Assembly: GCA_036788295.1 (NCBI GenBank)
Contig: DAIQNR010000139.1
Coordinates: forward strand, 1 to 12,929
Source of the DNA: Myxococcota bacterium
GTDB lineage: Bacteria > Myxococcota > Kuafuiibacteriia > Kuafuiibacteriales > Kuafuiibacteriaceae
DNA: 12,929 bases
Direction of reading: 5' to 3'
This document shows, piece by piece, positions 6,501 to 12,929 of this stretch. Under the pieces are notes generated by a model. That model was not told the DNA's origin and did not search any database. It worked only from the letters and a program-made list of their open reading frames with translations. The position numbers were made by a program, and so were the translations under genes. The stretch's first letter is position 1; the number at the start of each line of letters is the position of its first letter.

Positions 6501-8798
6501 GATCTCCTCCCGCTTCGTGGTGAGATCGGCGAGCAGCTCGTCCACGCCGGCGAACCGGGCTTCGAGGTCCTCGAGCTGGCCGAGCAGCCGCCCCAGCTGC
6601 TCGTCGCAGGCCTCCGGGGTGTCGGCGAGCGCCACCGCGCTCTCGACGCTCTGGCCGAGCAAGCGAAACTGCGCCGCGAACTCCGATCGGGCTTCGGCCG
6701 AGGTGAGCGTTCGCCGCCGCTGCTCGAGCGTGGCGCGGGCCCGGTTCAGGGCGGCGTAGACCTCCGAGATGCTCTCGAGCAGGCCCGTCCGCTCGCTCGG
6801 ATCTTCGACCTCGAGGCCCGCGACCACCTCCGACAAGAGCCCGAGACCCTCGGCGAGCCGCTCCGCCTCTGCCGTCAGCGGCAAAAGCTCTGGGCTCTTT
6901 TCGACCCGCGACGCCTCGCCGAGCAGCCGCTGGGCCGCCTCGGCCACCGGCGCGAGCGCGGCTCCGGTACCGAGGAAAAAGACGCAACCGTCGTTGACGT
7001 GAGCCGAGGCCTGCACGACCTCGGCCTCGAGCTCGTCGAGCGCGGGCCGGTCGATGAGCCGAACGTCCCGGAGCGTGATGAGATGTCCCCGCCACCGCCG
7101 GAGCTCGGACATCGCCAAAAGAAATGGCTCGAGCTGCTGCCACTCGCTCGGGCGGTGCTCCCTCAGCAGCCGGCCCTGCTCCTTTTTGGCCTCGGCGAGC
7201 GCCTGCCCGGCCCGGGCTCTCAGCGACAGGACCTTCTCGAACTCGTCGATGACGAGCTCGGTGGCCCGGCGCACGGCGAGGATCGGCTCGGCGAGCGCAC
7301 CGGCCTCCTCGCTCGCGAGCCAGTGGTAGGTGCCGACCGCGCGGCTCGCCGCGCCGATGAGATCCTCGAAGGTCCGCCTGCTCGGCGCGGGGGTGTTCGC
7401 GAGGCGCACGATCTCGAGTCCGTCCGATATCCCCCGGACCAGCTCGGCGTTGCCGATGCGCTCGAGAAAGCCTCCGCCGGTGGGCAAGCTCGCCGCGTGC
7501 TCTTCCGACATGAACGGGGTTTGCCAAATCTGCACCGGGTGGACCCGGCTCGGCTCGCCCCGGGGCTGCCTGGTCAAGAGCAGCTTTCCGTCGGGAAACA
7601 AGGTGAACCCGTGGCCTTCGAGCGGGGCCGCCACCTCCTTTCGAATGAGATTGTAGGGCAAGAGCAGGTACCGGCCGTCCTCCTGGTGGTAGAAGACATA
7701 CAGCACGTCCTCGCCGTTTGGCGCGCGGACCACCCGCTCGAAGACCAGGTCGTCGATCTCGGTGTCGAAGACCTTCAGCTCCCCCGTCTCGAGATAGTAG
7801 CCGCCGGGGAACACGATCCCGTGGTCTTCGGGGAGGAGCAGGCAGGCTTGCCCGACCGCGTCCACCCGGCGCACATCCCTGGTGCGGGTATTGTAGATGA
7901 GGTAGCGCCGCTGCTTCTCTTGAAAGGGGAGGATCTCGAGGAGGATGAGCGCGCCGACCTTGGCGTAGGCGTACTCCGCGTCATCGAGGCTCTGCCGGGG
8001 GTCGTCCACCGGCTCCTGATAGATGCCGAGCCCGTCCTCGGTGTTGTCCTCCACCTTGACGGTGAGATCGCCGCCGACGGTCTCCACGAAGACGGTGTCG
8101 AGGATGTTGACGTGGGGGTGGCGGCCCCGGCGCTGATCCTCCCTCGTGGTCTTCGTGAACGAAAAGGGGTGAGAAGGAGGGAATTGGTAGTCCTCCTCGG
8201 CCCGGTTGTCGATGTAGGCCACTCCGCCGCCGGCGGACAGCCCCCACCGAAACCCACGCACGTCGGTGAGCCGCTGCCCGGTTTGGAACATCGCGAGCAG
8301 GCGGCCTTGCTGCACGGTGACCCGCACGAGCCGCGCGCCCTGGTAGAAGCGGTGCAGCTCGTTGAAATCGCTCAGAAAACGGGGGTCGTCGAACAACCCG
8401 GGGATCGCCTCTGGGCCGAGACCCTCGAGGCTTGGACCTTCACCCAAGCGGTGCAGGGCGAACACATCCCCGAGCGTCGTCTCCGTCTTGAGGCCCAAGA
8501 ACACGTTGTACGCAAAGACGAGCACGTCCCCCAGGCTCACCAGATCCCTGGGGATGCAGTTGTTGTCGGTGCGCACCCGCTCGTTGGCGATCACCTCGAG
8601 CGGCGTGCCCCCGAAGGTCTCGATCCGGCGCCGGTTGAGCGCCTCCGCGCGCTCACCGAGCCCGGTCGCGGCTTCCTTCAGCCGGCGCAGCAGCACCTCG
8701 TAGCTTCCGCCTTCGAGGGTCTCGGCCGGCTTTTCATCGTGCTTCGCCTTCGTCATGCCGCTCTCTTTTTCGGGTTGCGCCGGTCTTTTGGCGGCCAT
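3543..8798 (-). CDS. Giant (1751 aa) multidomain protein. Residues 60-440 form a beta-rich N-terminal domain. Residues 450-1250 form a long alpha-helical/coiled-coil region. The C-terminal part is a MoxR/AAA_5-type AAA+ ATPase domain. Function unknown.
   Basis: A single uninterrupted frame of 5256 nt with strong GC3 bias. The ATG at 8796-8798 lies 7 nt after the flotillin stop. The C-terminal region carries Walker A SPPGYGKTT (around 4908-4931) and Walker B VMLYLDDIQHTNPELLQKF, which parallels the MoxR hhhhDEINRAppkvQsaLL segment. AGNPYTETGDKFQIPDMLANRA parallels the MoxR sensor-1/arginine region ATQNP...LPEALLDRF. The N-terminal and central domains have no motif I can name. Confidence 0.8.
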   Translation of the reverse strand: MAAKRPAQPEKESGMTKAKHDEKPAETLEGGSYEVLLRRLKEAATGLGERAEALNRRRIETFGGTPLEVIANERVRTDNNCIPRDLVSLGDVLVFAYNVFLGLKTETTLGDVFALHRLGEGPSLEGLGPEAIPGLFDDPRFLSDFNELHRFYQGARLVRVTVQQGRLLAMFQTGQRLTDVRGFRWGLSAGGGVAYIDNRAEEDYQFPPSHPFSFTKTTREDQRRGRHPHVNILDTVFVETVGGDLTVKVEDNTEDGLGIYQEPVDDPRQSLDDAEYAYAKVGALILLEILPFQEKQRRYLIYNTRTRDVRRVDAVGQACLLLPEDHGIVFPGGYYLETGELKVFDTEIDDLVFERVVRAPNGEDVLYVFYHQEDGRYLLLPYNLIRKEVAAPLEGHGFTLFPDGKLLLTRQPRGEPSRVHPVQIWQTPFMSEEHAASLPTGGGFLERIGNAELVRGISDGLEIVRLANTPAPSRRTFEDLIGAASRAVGTYHWLASEEAGALAEPILAVRRATELVIDEFEKVLSLRARAGQALAEAKKEQGRLLREHRPSEWQQLEPFLLAMSELRRWRGHLITLRDVRLIDRPALDELEAEVVQASAHVNDGCVFFLGTGAALAPVAEAAQRLLGEASRVEKSPELLPLTAEAERLAEGLGLLSEVVAGLEVEDPSERTGLLESISEVYAALNRARATLEQRRRTLTSAEARSEFAAQFRLLGQSVESAVALADTPEACDEQLGRLLGQLEDLEARFAGVDELLADLTTKREEIGEAFGARKQQLLDERQRRSAHLFEAGARILDGAERRSRSFADEDGLNAYFASDPMILRLSGIRERLLELDDGVKAEDLGARLLTAKQTALRNLRDKRDLFDGDSALIRLGRHRFRVHTQPFDLTMVPRGDGLALHVAGTDFFEAVDDPELLSLSAFFAEPLVSESKEVYRGEYLAFSVREAAERGDIDREVLGARGAPLAAAVRRFAQDRYDEGYERGVHDHDAAQILEKLLVLSSSAGRLRHPPTARAAALLWWAKPGDDEAKARLHRRAESLGRLKTFFGQSADDGLEGDLAAAMADFVAPFGASVRTCARYLAEELAVAHPHFVESEAAEKLRAGLLERLHHDGSWRALEADLSALQDDPAAAFRLAFAWVKAYEAELGLAFGPVAEEAAAGLVLAGRIDRETSSALIEARVEGLLGLHPRIDGGLNLSIDEFEERLHRFHAERVPGFRRFQHARHRVLEAAKARLRLSEAVPQVLSSFVRNRLIDEVYLPLIGDNLAKQLGAAGDAKRTDLMGLLLVVSPPGYGKTTLMEYVAARLGMVFMKVNGPALGHGVRSLDPAEAPNATSRQEVEKMNLAFEMGNNVMLYLDDIQHTNPELLQKFISLCDGQRRVEGVWKGRTKTYDLRGKKFCVVMAGNPYTETGDKFQIPDMLANRADTYNLGDVLAGREEVFALSYLENALTSSPVLGPMAARSLPDLHRFIERARGREVADSDFEQDWSSVEAEEAVQTLRRLTKVQAVLLEVNQQYIASASQDDRFRTEPPFKLQGSYRNMNKLTEKVVPAMNDAELESLIDDHYRGESQTLTSGAEANLLKLAELRGRMSEAESSRWSEMKREFRRLQVAGGADDDPAARIASILAGVTEHLSDIGAAAKKATNGASDHQHGAVLLALERLEQALGRLSEPKLSVSVTSEPPLGLDDALAAPLARLESALGPLARAAATSHDEARRLWPALGELLDLLRVHALAGPVSPLFPLEPAPENR
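4480..4990 (-). other. AAA+ ATPase domain (MoxR / AAA_5 dynein-related subfamily) inside the giant ORF.
   Basis: P-loop GYGKTT codons lie at 4908-4925. The Walker B DD codons lie at 4725-4730 (LYLDDIQH). The sensor-1-like AGNPY and IPDMLANRA motifs lie downstream. The order and spacing of the motifs match MoxR/CbbQ/McrB-type AAA_5 domains. Confidence 0.7.
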
Positions 8799-8805
8799 GC
8801 TGGGA

Positions 8806-10923
8806 TTAGTTGACCGGGCCGCGGTTCGTATCGAGCCCCAGCTCGTTGGCTCGGTCGGCCAGCGCCTCGAGCTTCACGCGGGTGGGGGCGTCGGCGCCGG
8901 CCATCAGCCGCGCGATGAGCGTGCTGACGCTCAAGTCCCGAACCCCGGCCGCGCCCAGGCTGCCCACCGCGTCGATCAGCTCCGCGGGCAGGCTCCGGCC
9001 GCCGTTGAGGTAGTCGCCAAACAGGGACTTCAGGTGGGTCGAGCCGTCGAGCGCGCCGTCCACCGAGCGGCCGACCGAGACCGCCTGAACGAACCGGTCG
9101 AAGAACGCGCCGTCGCCACCCACGATCTGGATGTTCGCGGCCGAGAACGCCTCCTTGAGGATCGCCGCTCGCTCCTTCGCGATGCGCTCCTCGGCCGTGA
9201 TCCGGGCCAGCGACAGGGCCCGGTCGTGCTCGAGCCGCAGGCGGTACTCCTCGTGGCTTCGGCTCGCTTCGTCGAGCGCGGCCATCGCGCGGGCCTTCTC
9301 CGCGATGCCCGACGCTTCGGCGGCGAGCTTCTTCTCGATGCCGACCGCCTCCGCGAGCGCGGTGCGCTCGAGCACGGTCGCGTCGGCGATGCCCCGCTTC
9401 TCCACCGCGGCGGCGTCCGCTTCCTTGACCCGAACCTCGGCCATGCCTCGCTCCTCGTGGCCGCGGGCCTCCGCCTCGAGCTGCTCCCGGGTGACCCGGG
9501 CCTTCGCCGCCCCTTCCTTCTCGAGGGCCAGCGCGTCCGCTTCCCGCACCCGCGCCTTCGCGAGGCCGTCCGCCGCCGCCTCGGCCTGCCGGCCCTCGGC
9601 CAGACGCGCCTTCGCCTTCGCGTCCCGGTCCGCCGCCTCGAGGTCGGCTTCGGCGAGAGTCAGCCGCTCCTTGGCCGCGTGCCGAGCCGCCTGCTCCTTG
9701 GCTTCCGCCGCGCGGGTGGTCGCGATGAGCTTCTCCTCGGCTTCGGCCGAGGCGGCGGTGACGAGCACCTCCTTCTCCCGCTTCGCGGTCATGATCGCCC
9801 GAAGGTCCGCGATTCGCTCCTCTTCCTCGGCGACGTTCTTCTCGACCGCGATCCGGTCCCGGACCACGTCGGCGATGTTCTTCTTCTCGACCTCGATCTC
9901 CCGCTCTTTGGCGATCCGCTGCAGCTCGGTCTCCCGCTCCCTCGAGATCGCCTCGAGCATGCGATCCTTCTCGACCCGCTCGGTCTCCACCGCGATCGCC
10001 CGCTCCCTTGCCTTCTGCGCGATCTCGATCTGCCGGCGCTTGGCTTCCTGCCCGACCTCTACCTCCTGCTCGGCCGCGATCTTCGCGAGCTGCGCCTTTT
10101 GGTACTCCTCCGCCTGCACCCGGGCCGTCTCCGCCTCCTCGCGGGCCTTGCGCACCGCGATCTCCCTCGCTTGCACCGCTCGGGCGTCCTTCTCCTGCCG
10201 CTCGAGGCTCAGCACCGCCGCCTCCGCCTCCACGTTCTGCTTCGTGACCTCCTTTCGCTCGTTCTGCCGAAGCAGGTTCGTCTGGATGTTCTGGAGCGTG
10301 GTCAGCTCGGTGATCTTTCGGATGCCCTGGGCGTCGAGGATGTTCTCCGGGTCCAGGGTCTCGATCGGCGTCTGCTCGAGAAAGTCGATGGCGGCGTCGT
10401 CGAGCACGTAGCCGTTCAGATCGGTCCCGATGTTGCGGATGATTTGGTCCTTGAAGTCGTGGCGCTGGGTGTACAGCGCCTCGAAATCGAGCTGCTTTCC
10501 CACCGTCTTCAGCGCTTCGGAGAACTTCGCCTGAAAGAGCTGCTCGAGCGTGGCTTGGTCGGACGCGCGGTTGCACCCAACCTGTTGAGCGACCCGGAGC
10601 ACGTCTTCTTTCGTCTTGTTCACCTTCACGAAGAACGTGACCTTGATGTCGGCGCGAATGTTGTCGCGGCAGATGAGGCCCTCTTTCCCGCGGCGGTCGA
10701 GCTCGATCGTCTTCAAAGAGATGTCCATCGTCTCCGCCCGATGGATGACCGGGAGCACGAGACCTCCGGTGAATTTGACCTCGGGGTCGCCCTGCATGCG
10801 GTTGATGATGAGCGCGCGGCCCTGGTCCACCTTCCGGTAGAAGAGCTTGAGGATCATCGCCATCCCGATGAGAATGGCGACGAGGGCGCCCGCGCCCGTT
10901 CCTACGAAGTACAGTATATCCAT
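8806..10923 (-). CDS. Flotillin-family SPFH/band-7 protein (FloT/YqiK-like), 705 aa, with an extended Ala/Glu-rich coiled coil.
   Basis: It has an N-terminal TM helix (ILYFVGTGAGALVAILIGMAMIL) followed by an SPFH domain (GRALIINRMQ...GLVLPVIHRAETMDISLKTIELDRRGKEGLICRDNIRADIKVTFFVKV...) and then about 350 residues of EA-repeat coiled coil (AEAKEQAARHAAKERLTLAEADLEAADRDAKAKARLAEGRQAEAA...), which is characteristic of bacterial flotillins. A credible RBS (aaggaa) lies about 8 nt upstream of the ATG at 10921-10923. Confidence 0.9.
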   Translation of the reverse strand: MDILYFVGTGAGALVAILIGMAMILKLFYRKVDQGRALIINRMQGDPEVKFTGGLVLPVIHRAETMDISLKTIELDRRGKEGLICRDNIRADIKVTFFVKVNKTKEDVLRVAQQVGCNRASDQATLEQLFQAKFSEALKTVGKQLDFEALYTQRHDFKDQIIRNIGTDLNGYVLDDAAIDFLEQTPIETLDPENILDAQGIRKITELTTLQNIQTNLLRQNERKEVTKQNVEAEAAVLSLERQEKDARAVQAREIAVRKAREEAETARVQAEEYQKAQLAKIAAEQEVEVGQEAKRRQIEIAQKARERAIAVETERVEKDRMLEAISRERETELQRIAKEREIEVEKKNIADVVRDRIAVEKNVAEEEERIADLRAIMTAKREKEVLVTAASAEAEEKLIATTRAAEAKEQAARHAAKERLTLAEADLEAADRDAKAKARLAEGRQAEAAADGLAKARVREADALALEKEGAAKARVTREQLEAEARGHEERGMAEVRVKEADAAAVEKRGIADATVLERTALAEAVGIEKKLAAEASGIAEKARAMAALDEASRSHEEYRLRLEHDRALSLARITAEERIAKERAAILKEAFSAANIQIVGGDGAFFDRFVQAVSVGRSVDGALDGSTHLKSLFGDYLNGGRSLPAELIDAVGSLGAAGVRDLSVSTLIARLMAGADAPTRVKLEALADRANELGLDTNRGPVN

Positions 10924-10989
10924 GTCTCGGTTCCTTGTATGGGCCTCGTCGCGTTGGCCTTCGGTCGAATGGTTGGGGAAGGATCGAGG

Positions 10990-11628
10990 TCAGATGTCCT
11001 CGGGTGTGGGTTCGCGCTCGAGCGGCTCGACCCGAAAGGCGTCGAGCTTCTCGTCGAACGCGATGATGAGGGCGTGGTCGCCGCGGCGCAGACGCCCGGG
11101 CTCGGCCCGAACCTGAAGGATCCGCCAGTCGCCGCCTTCCTCGAGCCGGGCTTGCCCAAAACCAAGGTCCACCTCCCCGGTGCTGATCCGGCAGCTGCGG
11201 CCGATGAGGTCGCTCTGGGCTTCGGCCGACGCACCCGAAAACAGGGGGCCGAGCCGAGCGGCGATCATGTGGAGGGCAGGCGCGGTGACCGCGAGGCTGC
11301 CGACGCCGACGAGGCCGCCGAGCGCGAGGCCCATCGGACCGTCCTGGGGGCCCAAGGACCGCATCGCCAGGTAGGAAGTCGCCCACGCGAACAGCGACCA
11401 CAAGCTGAGGAGGATCGACGCCGGAACCTTGCCGAGCCCGAGCCAGGCGAGCAGGGCGGCGCCGGTTCCGAGCCCCTCGAGCAGCCCGCTTGCCCCCTCG
11501 ACCTCATCGTGAAGGCCCATCCCGGTCAGGCCGACGACGACCCAGTACAGGACGGCGATGGCGAGCAGAACGGAGAACACTCCGGTGGGAAAACGGGTGG
11601 CATGATCGAAAAACGCATCCATGGGCAA
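10990..11628 (-). CDS. NfeD/YqiJ-like polytopic membrane protein with a C-terminal soluble beta-domain (flotillin-associated partner).
   Basis: About 130 N-terminal residues are hydrophobic, giving roughly four predicted TM helices (VFSVLLAIAVLYWVVVGLTGMGL; GAALLAWLGLG; ILLSLWSLFAWATSYLAM; LALGGLVGVGSLAVTAPALHMIAARLG). These are followed by a beta-rich tail (CRISTGEVDLGFGQARLEEGGDWRILQVRAEPGRLRRGDHALIIAFDEKLDAFRVEP) consistent with an NfeD OB-fold. The gene sits immediately upstream of the flotillin gene, matching the yqiJ-yqiK / yuaF-floT arrangement. The track start at 11628 is a TTG, so the true start may instead be the ATG at 11620-11622. Confidence 0.6.
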   Translation of the reverse strand: MPMDAFFDHATRFPTGVFSVLLAIAVLYWVVVGLTGMGLHDEVEGASGLLEGLGTGAALLAWLGLGKVPASILLSLWSLFAWATSYLAMRSLGPQDGPMGLALGGLVGVGSLAVTAPALHMIAARLGPLFSGASAEAQSDLIGRSCRISTGEVDLGFGQARLEEGGDWRILQVRAEPGRLRRGDHALIIAFDEKLDAFRVEPLEREPTPEDI

Positions 11629-11853
11629 GTCCGGTCAGCGGCACAAAAGAGGCGACTTCGGCGAGGTCCCCGGGCTCGGCGCGGCCGCCGAAGCGACCGG
11701 GTGACGACGACTCCGAATTCGCTTCGACAATACCTTGGGTAGCCACCGGAGTTCGCACCGTCACCCTGGTTTTCTCGTCGGCCTGCGTTTTCTCTCTCGC
11801 GGCCGATTCGACCGGTGGTTGACGCCGGCCAGGACGGAGCGCACCGACCTCTC
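11629..11853. promoter_or_regulatory. Divergent intergenic region (225 bp) between the NfeD/YqiJ-like operon (-) and the HEAT-repeat gene (+). It presumably contains both promoters.
   Basis: This is the only appreciably T-rich, lower-GC stretch in the window (ctggttttctcgtcggcctgcgttttctctctcgcgg, around 11765-11801). A TTGACG hexamer lies at 11819-11824, but there is no convincing -10 element, so exact promoter elements cannot be called. Confidence 0.3.
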
Positions 11854-12929
11854 ATGCCCGGACTGCTCGTCGTCGAACATCGGCCGGCCGTGGCCCACGC
11901 GGTCCGCTCGCTGGCGACCGCGCTCGGGGTCCCGATGGCCAAGCGGCGGGAGCCGCCGGCGCTGGTGGTGGGCCGACTCCATCGGCTCGGCCCGGCGCGA
12001 GCGGTCTCGGCGCCGGTCCTCCTTCTCGGGGGACCGCGACCGGCGTTCATCGCCCCCGACGGCGGCGCCGTGCTCGGATACCTTCCGTATTCGTCGGGCT
12101 GGCAGACGGCGCTGGCCGAGCAGTGGGTCGGATTCTTCGGCTTGAAAACCTCCATCATCCCACCGGTTCACGCCGCCCCGCCCACCCTGGCCCTGCGGGC
12201 ACCCGCCAGGTGGGATCGACTGTTCGAGGTCGTGGCCGAGGGCGGGCCGCTCGCTGGACCGGCGCTCGTCGCGCTCGCCGGCCGAGCGCCCGCGTCCGAA
12301 GTCGCCGGGGTGGTGCGCGCGGCGCTCCTCCAGGAGGACCTCGCGCTCGCTCGAGCGGCGCTCCGCGCGGCCGTTCGGCTCGGCGACTCGGGGCTCCTGA
12401 AGGGGGCGGCGAGCCACGCTCGCTCGGGCGCGGTGCGGATCGAGGCCATCGAATGGCTGGCCCGGCTGCTCGACGGGACCGAGCTCGACGAGGCCCTCCC
12501 CTTCGACGACCCGGACCGGGCGGTTCGGGTCCACGCCCTCCGGGTCCGCGTGCGCGAGCGGGGGGCCGACGCGGAGGAGCTCACCGAGGTGCTCGTGGCG
12601 CCCGAGGACGCGATCGGAGCGGTGCTCGGGGCAATCGAGCTCGGTCGGGCCGGGCTCGGGCTCCTCGACCGATGGTCCCGCGACCGATCCCTCCCCGCAT
12701 CGGCCCGGGCTGCAGCCGTGGGTGGCCTGCGCCGAGCCGGCCTGGCCCCGGGGCCTCTCGACCCTGAGGTTTCGGCGTGGCTTTCGCCTCCGGCGACGAG
12801 CCTCCCGCTCGAGCGGGCAGCGTGGTCGGACTTCGCCGATACCGCGCCGCTCGAACCGGCGACCGGGCCGCTCGAACCGGCTACGGTGCCGCTCCAACCG
12901 GTGACCGGGCCGCTCGAACCGGCGACGGC
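11854..12929 (+). CDS. HEAT/PBS-lyase-type repeat protein, partial (continues beyond the window), ending in tandem heptapeptide repeats.
   Basis: The frame from ATG 11854 translates as MPGLLVVEHRPAVAHAVRSLATALGVP... with strong GC3 bias. It contains HEAT-like units (AAVRLGDSGLLKGAASHARSGAVRIEAIEWLARLLDG...DDPDRAVRVHALRVRVRE...). The frame is open to the window end, so it is absent from the complete-ORF track. The overlapping track ORFs 11761..12897 (-) and 12123..12767 (+) translate to Arg-rich low-complexity sequence and were judged to be shadow ORFs. Confidence 0.5.
   Translation, partial: MPGLLVVEHRPAVAHAVRSLATALGVPMAKRREPPALVVGRLHRLGPARAVSAPVLLLGGPRPAFIAPDGGAVLGYLPYSSGWQTALAEQWVGFFGLKTSIIPPVHAAPPTLALRAPARWDRLFEVVAEGGPLAGPALVALAGRAPASEVAGVVRAALLQEDLALARAALRAAVRLGDSGLLKGAASHARSGAVRIEAIEWLARLLDGTELDEALPFDDPDRAVRVHALRVRVRERGADAEELTEVLVAPEDAIGAVLGAIELGRAGLGLLDRWSRDRSLPASARAAAVGGLRRAGLAPGPLDPEVSAWLSPPATSLPLERAAWSDFADTAPLEPATGPLEPATVPLQPVTGPLEPAT
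12847..12929 (+). repeat. Tandem 21-bp direct repeat, at least 4 copies, truncated by the window end. It encodes PLEPATG-like heptapeptides.
   Basis: Read directly from the sequence: ccgctcgaaccggcgaccggg (12847-12867), ccgctcgaaccggctacggtg (12868-12888), ccgctccaaccggtgaccggg (12889-12909) and ccgctcgaaccggcgacggc (12910-12929, cut off). These translate in frame to PLEPATG / PLEPATV / PLQPVTG / PLEPAT. Confidence 0.85.

Noticed and set aside
4726-7527. 933-aa ORF on the minus strand (MANPVHVGRARGELAHRRRL...) overlapping the giant ATPase gene
   Set aside because: It is out of frame with the motif-bearing frame, and its translation is Arg/Gly/Pro-rich low complexity with no motifs. It is a typical shadow ORF of a GC3-rich gene.
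6096-8813. 905-aa ORF on the plus strand, antisense to the giant ATPase gene
   Set aside because: It is antisense to a frame that carries recognisable AAA+ motifs and strong GC3 bias. Its translation is Gly/Glu/Leu/Arg-rich and repetitive. It is an artifact of stop-codon depletion in high-GC DNA.
8755-11742. 995-aa plus-strand ORF and the nested 9131..10411 Ser/Ala-rich ORF, both antisense to the flotillin and NfeD-like genes
   Set aside because: These are antisense shadows of the EA-repeat coiled-coil coding region. GCN/GAR codons read as Ser/Ala/Arg on the opposite strand. There are no domains, and the real flotillin frame explains the region.
11819-11824. TTGACG hexamer as a sigma70 -35 element for the HEAT-repeat gene
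   Set aside because: There is no acceptable -10 hexamer at 16-19 bp spacing, and an isolated hexamer match is expected by chance.
11526-12897. Minus-strand ORFs 11526..12158 and 11761..12897, and the plus-strand 12123..12767 ORF
   Set aside because: Their translations are Arg/Pro-rich. The + strand frame from ATG 11854 has coherent HEAT-like repeats, GC3 bias and in-frame heptad repeats, so it is preferred.
1-12929. Checked for mobile elements, CRISPR arrays, tRNA/rRNA and integrase or transposase genes
   Set aside because: I found no direct-repeat/spacer periodicity, no cloverleaf-like tRNA candidates and no transposase-like ORFs. The only tandem repeat is the in-frame 21-bp coding repeat at 12847-12929.

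Overview
This is a very GC-rich bacterial chromosomal window (about 70% GC, with G/C at most third codon positions; composition is consistent with Myxococcota or a similar high-GC lineage, but the taxon is not determinable from the sequence alone). Because of the composition, many long ORFs in the six-frame track are shadow ORFs: their translations are Arg/Pro/Gly-rich or Ser/Ala-rich low-complexity strings. I rejected these. Coordinates were read by eye and may be off by a base or two in places.

Real genes, in order:
- 1..1418 (-), partial. Flavin monooxygenase of the Baeyer-Villiger/FMO type. It runs off the window start, which is why it is missing from the complete-ORF track.
- 1594..3252 (+). 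CoA-disulfide reductase/NADH oxidase fused to a C-terminal rhodanese domain (CoADR-RHD).
- 3257..3511 (-). CPYC glutaredoxin, convergent with the CoADR-RHD gene and separated from it by only 4 bp.
- 3543..8798 (-). A 1751-aa protein with a beta-rich N-terminal domain, a central alpha-helical/coiled-coil region of several hundred residues, and a C-terminal MoxR/AAA_5-type AAA+ ATPase with intact Walker A and Walker B motifs.
- 8806..10923 (-). Flotillin (SPFH/band-7, FloT/YqiK-like). Its stop codon is 7 nt from the start codon of the giant ATPase gene.
- 10990..11628 (-). NfeD/YqiJ-like membrane protein, which is the usual flotillin partner.
- 11854..>12929 (+), partial, divergent. HEAT-repeat protein that ends in tandem 21-bp repeats at the window edge.

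The strongest candidate for an undescribed system is the apparent operon NfeD/YqiJ-like -> flotillin -> giant MoxR-like AAA+ ATPase (-> glutaredoxin). Flotillin/NfeD pairs normally form a two-gene unit, and MoxR ATPases normally pair with VWA proteins. This window has no VWA gene, and a giant ATPase has been inserted into the flotillin operon. No rRNA, tRNA, CRISPR array or transposase was found.
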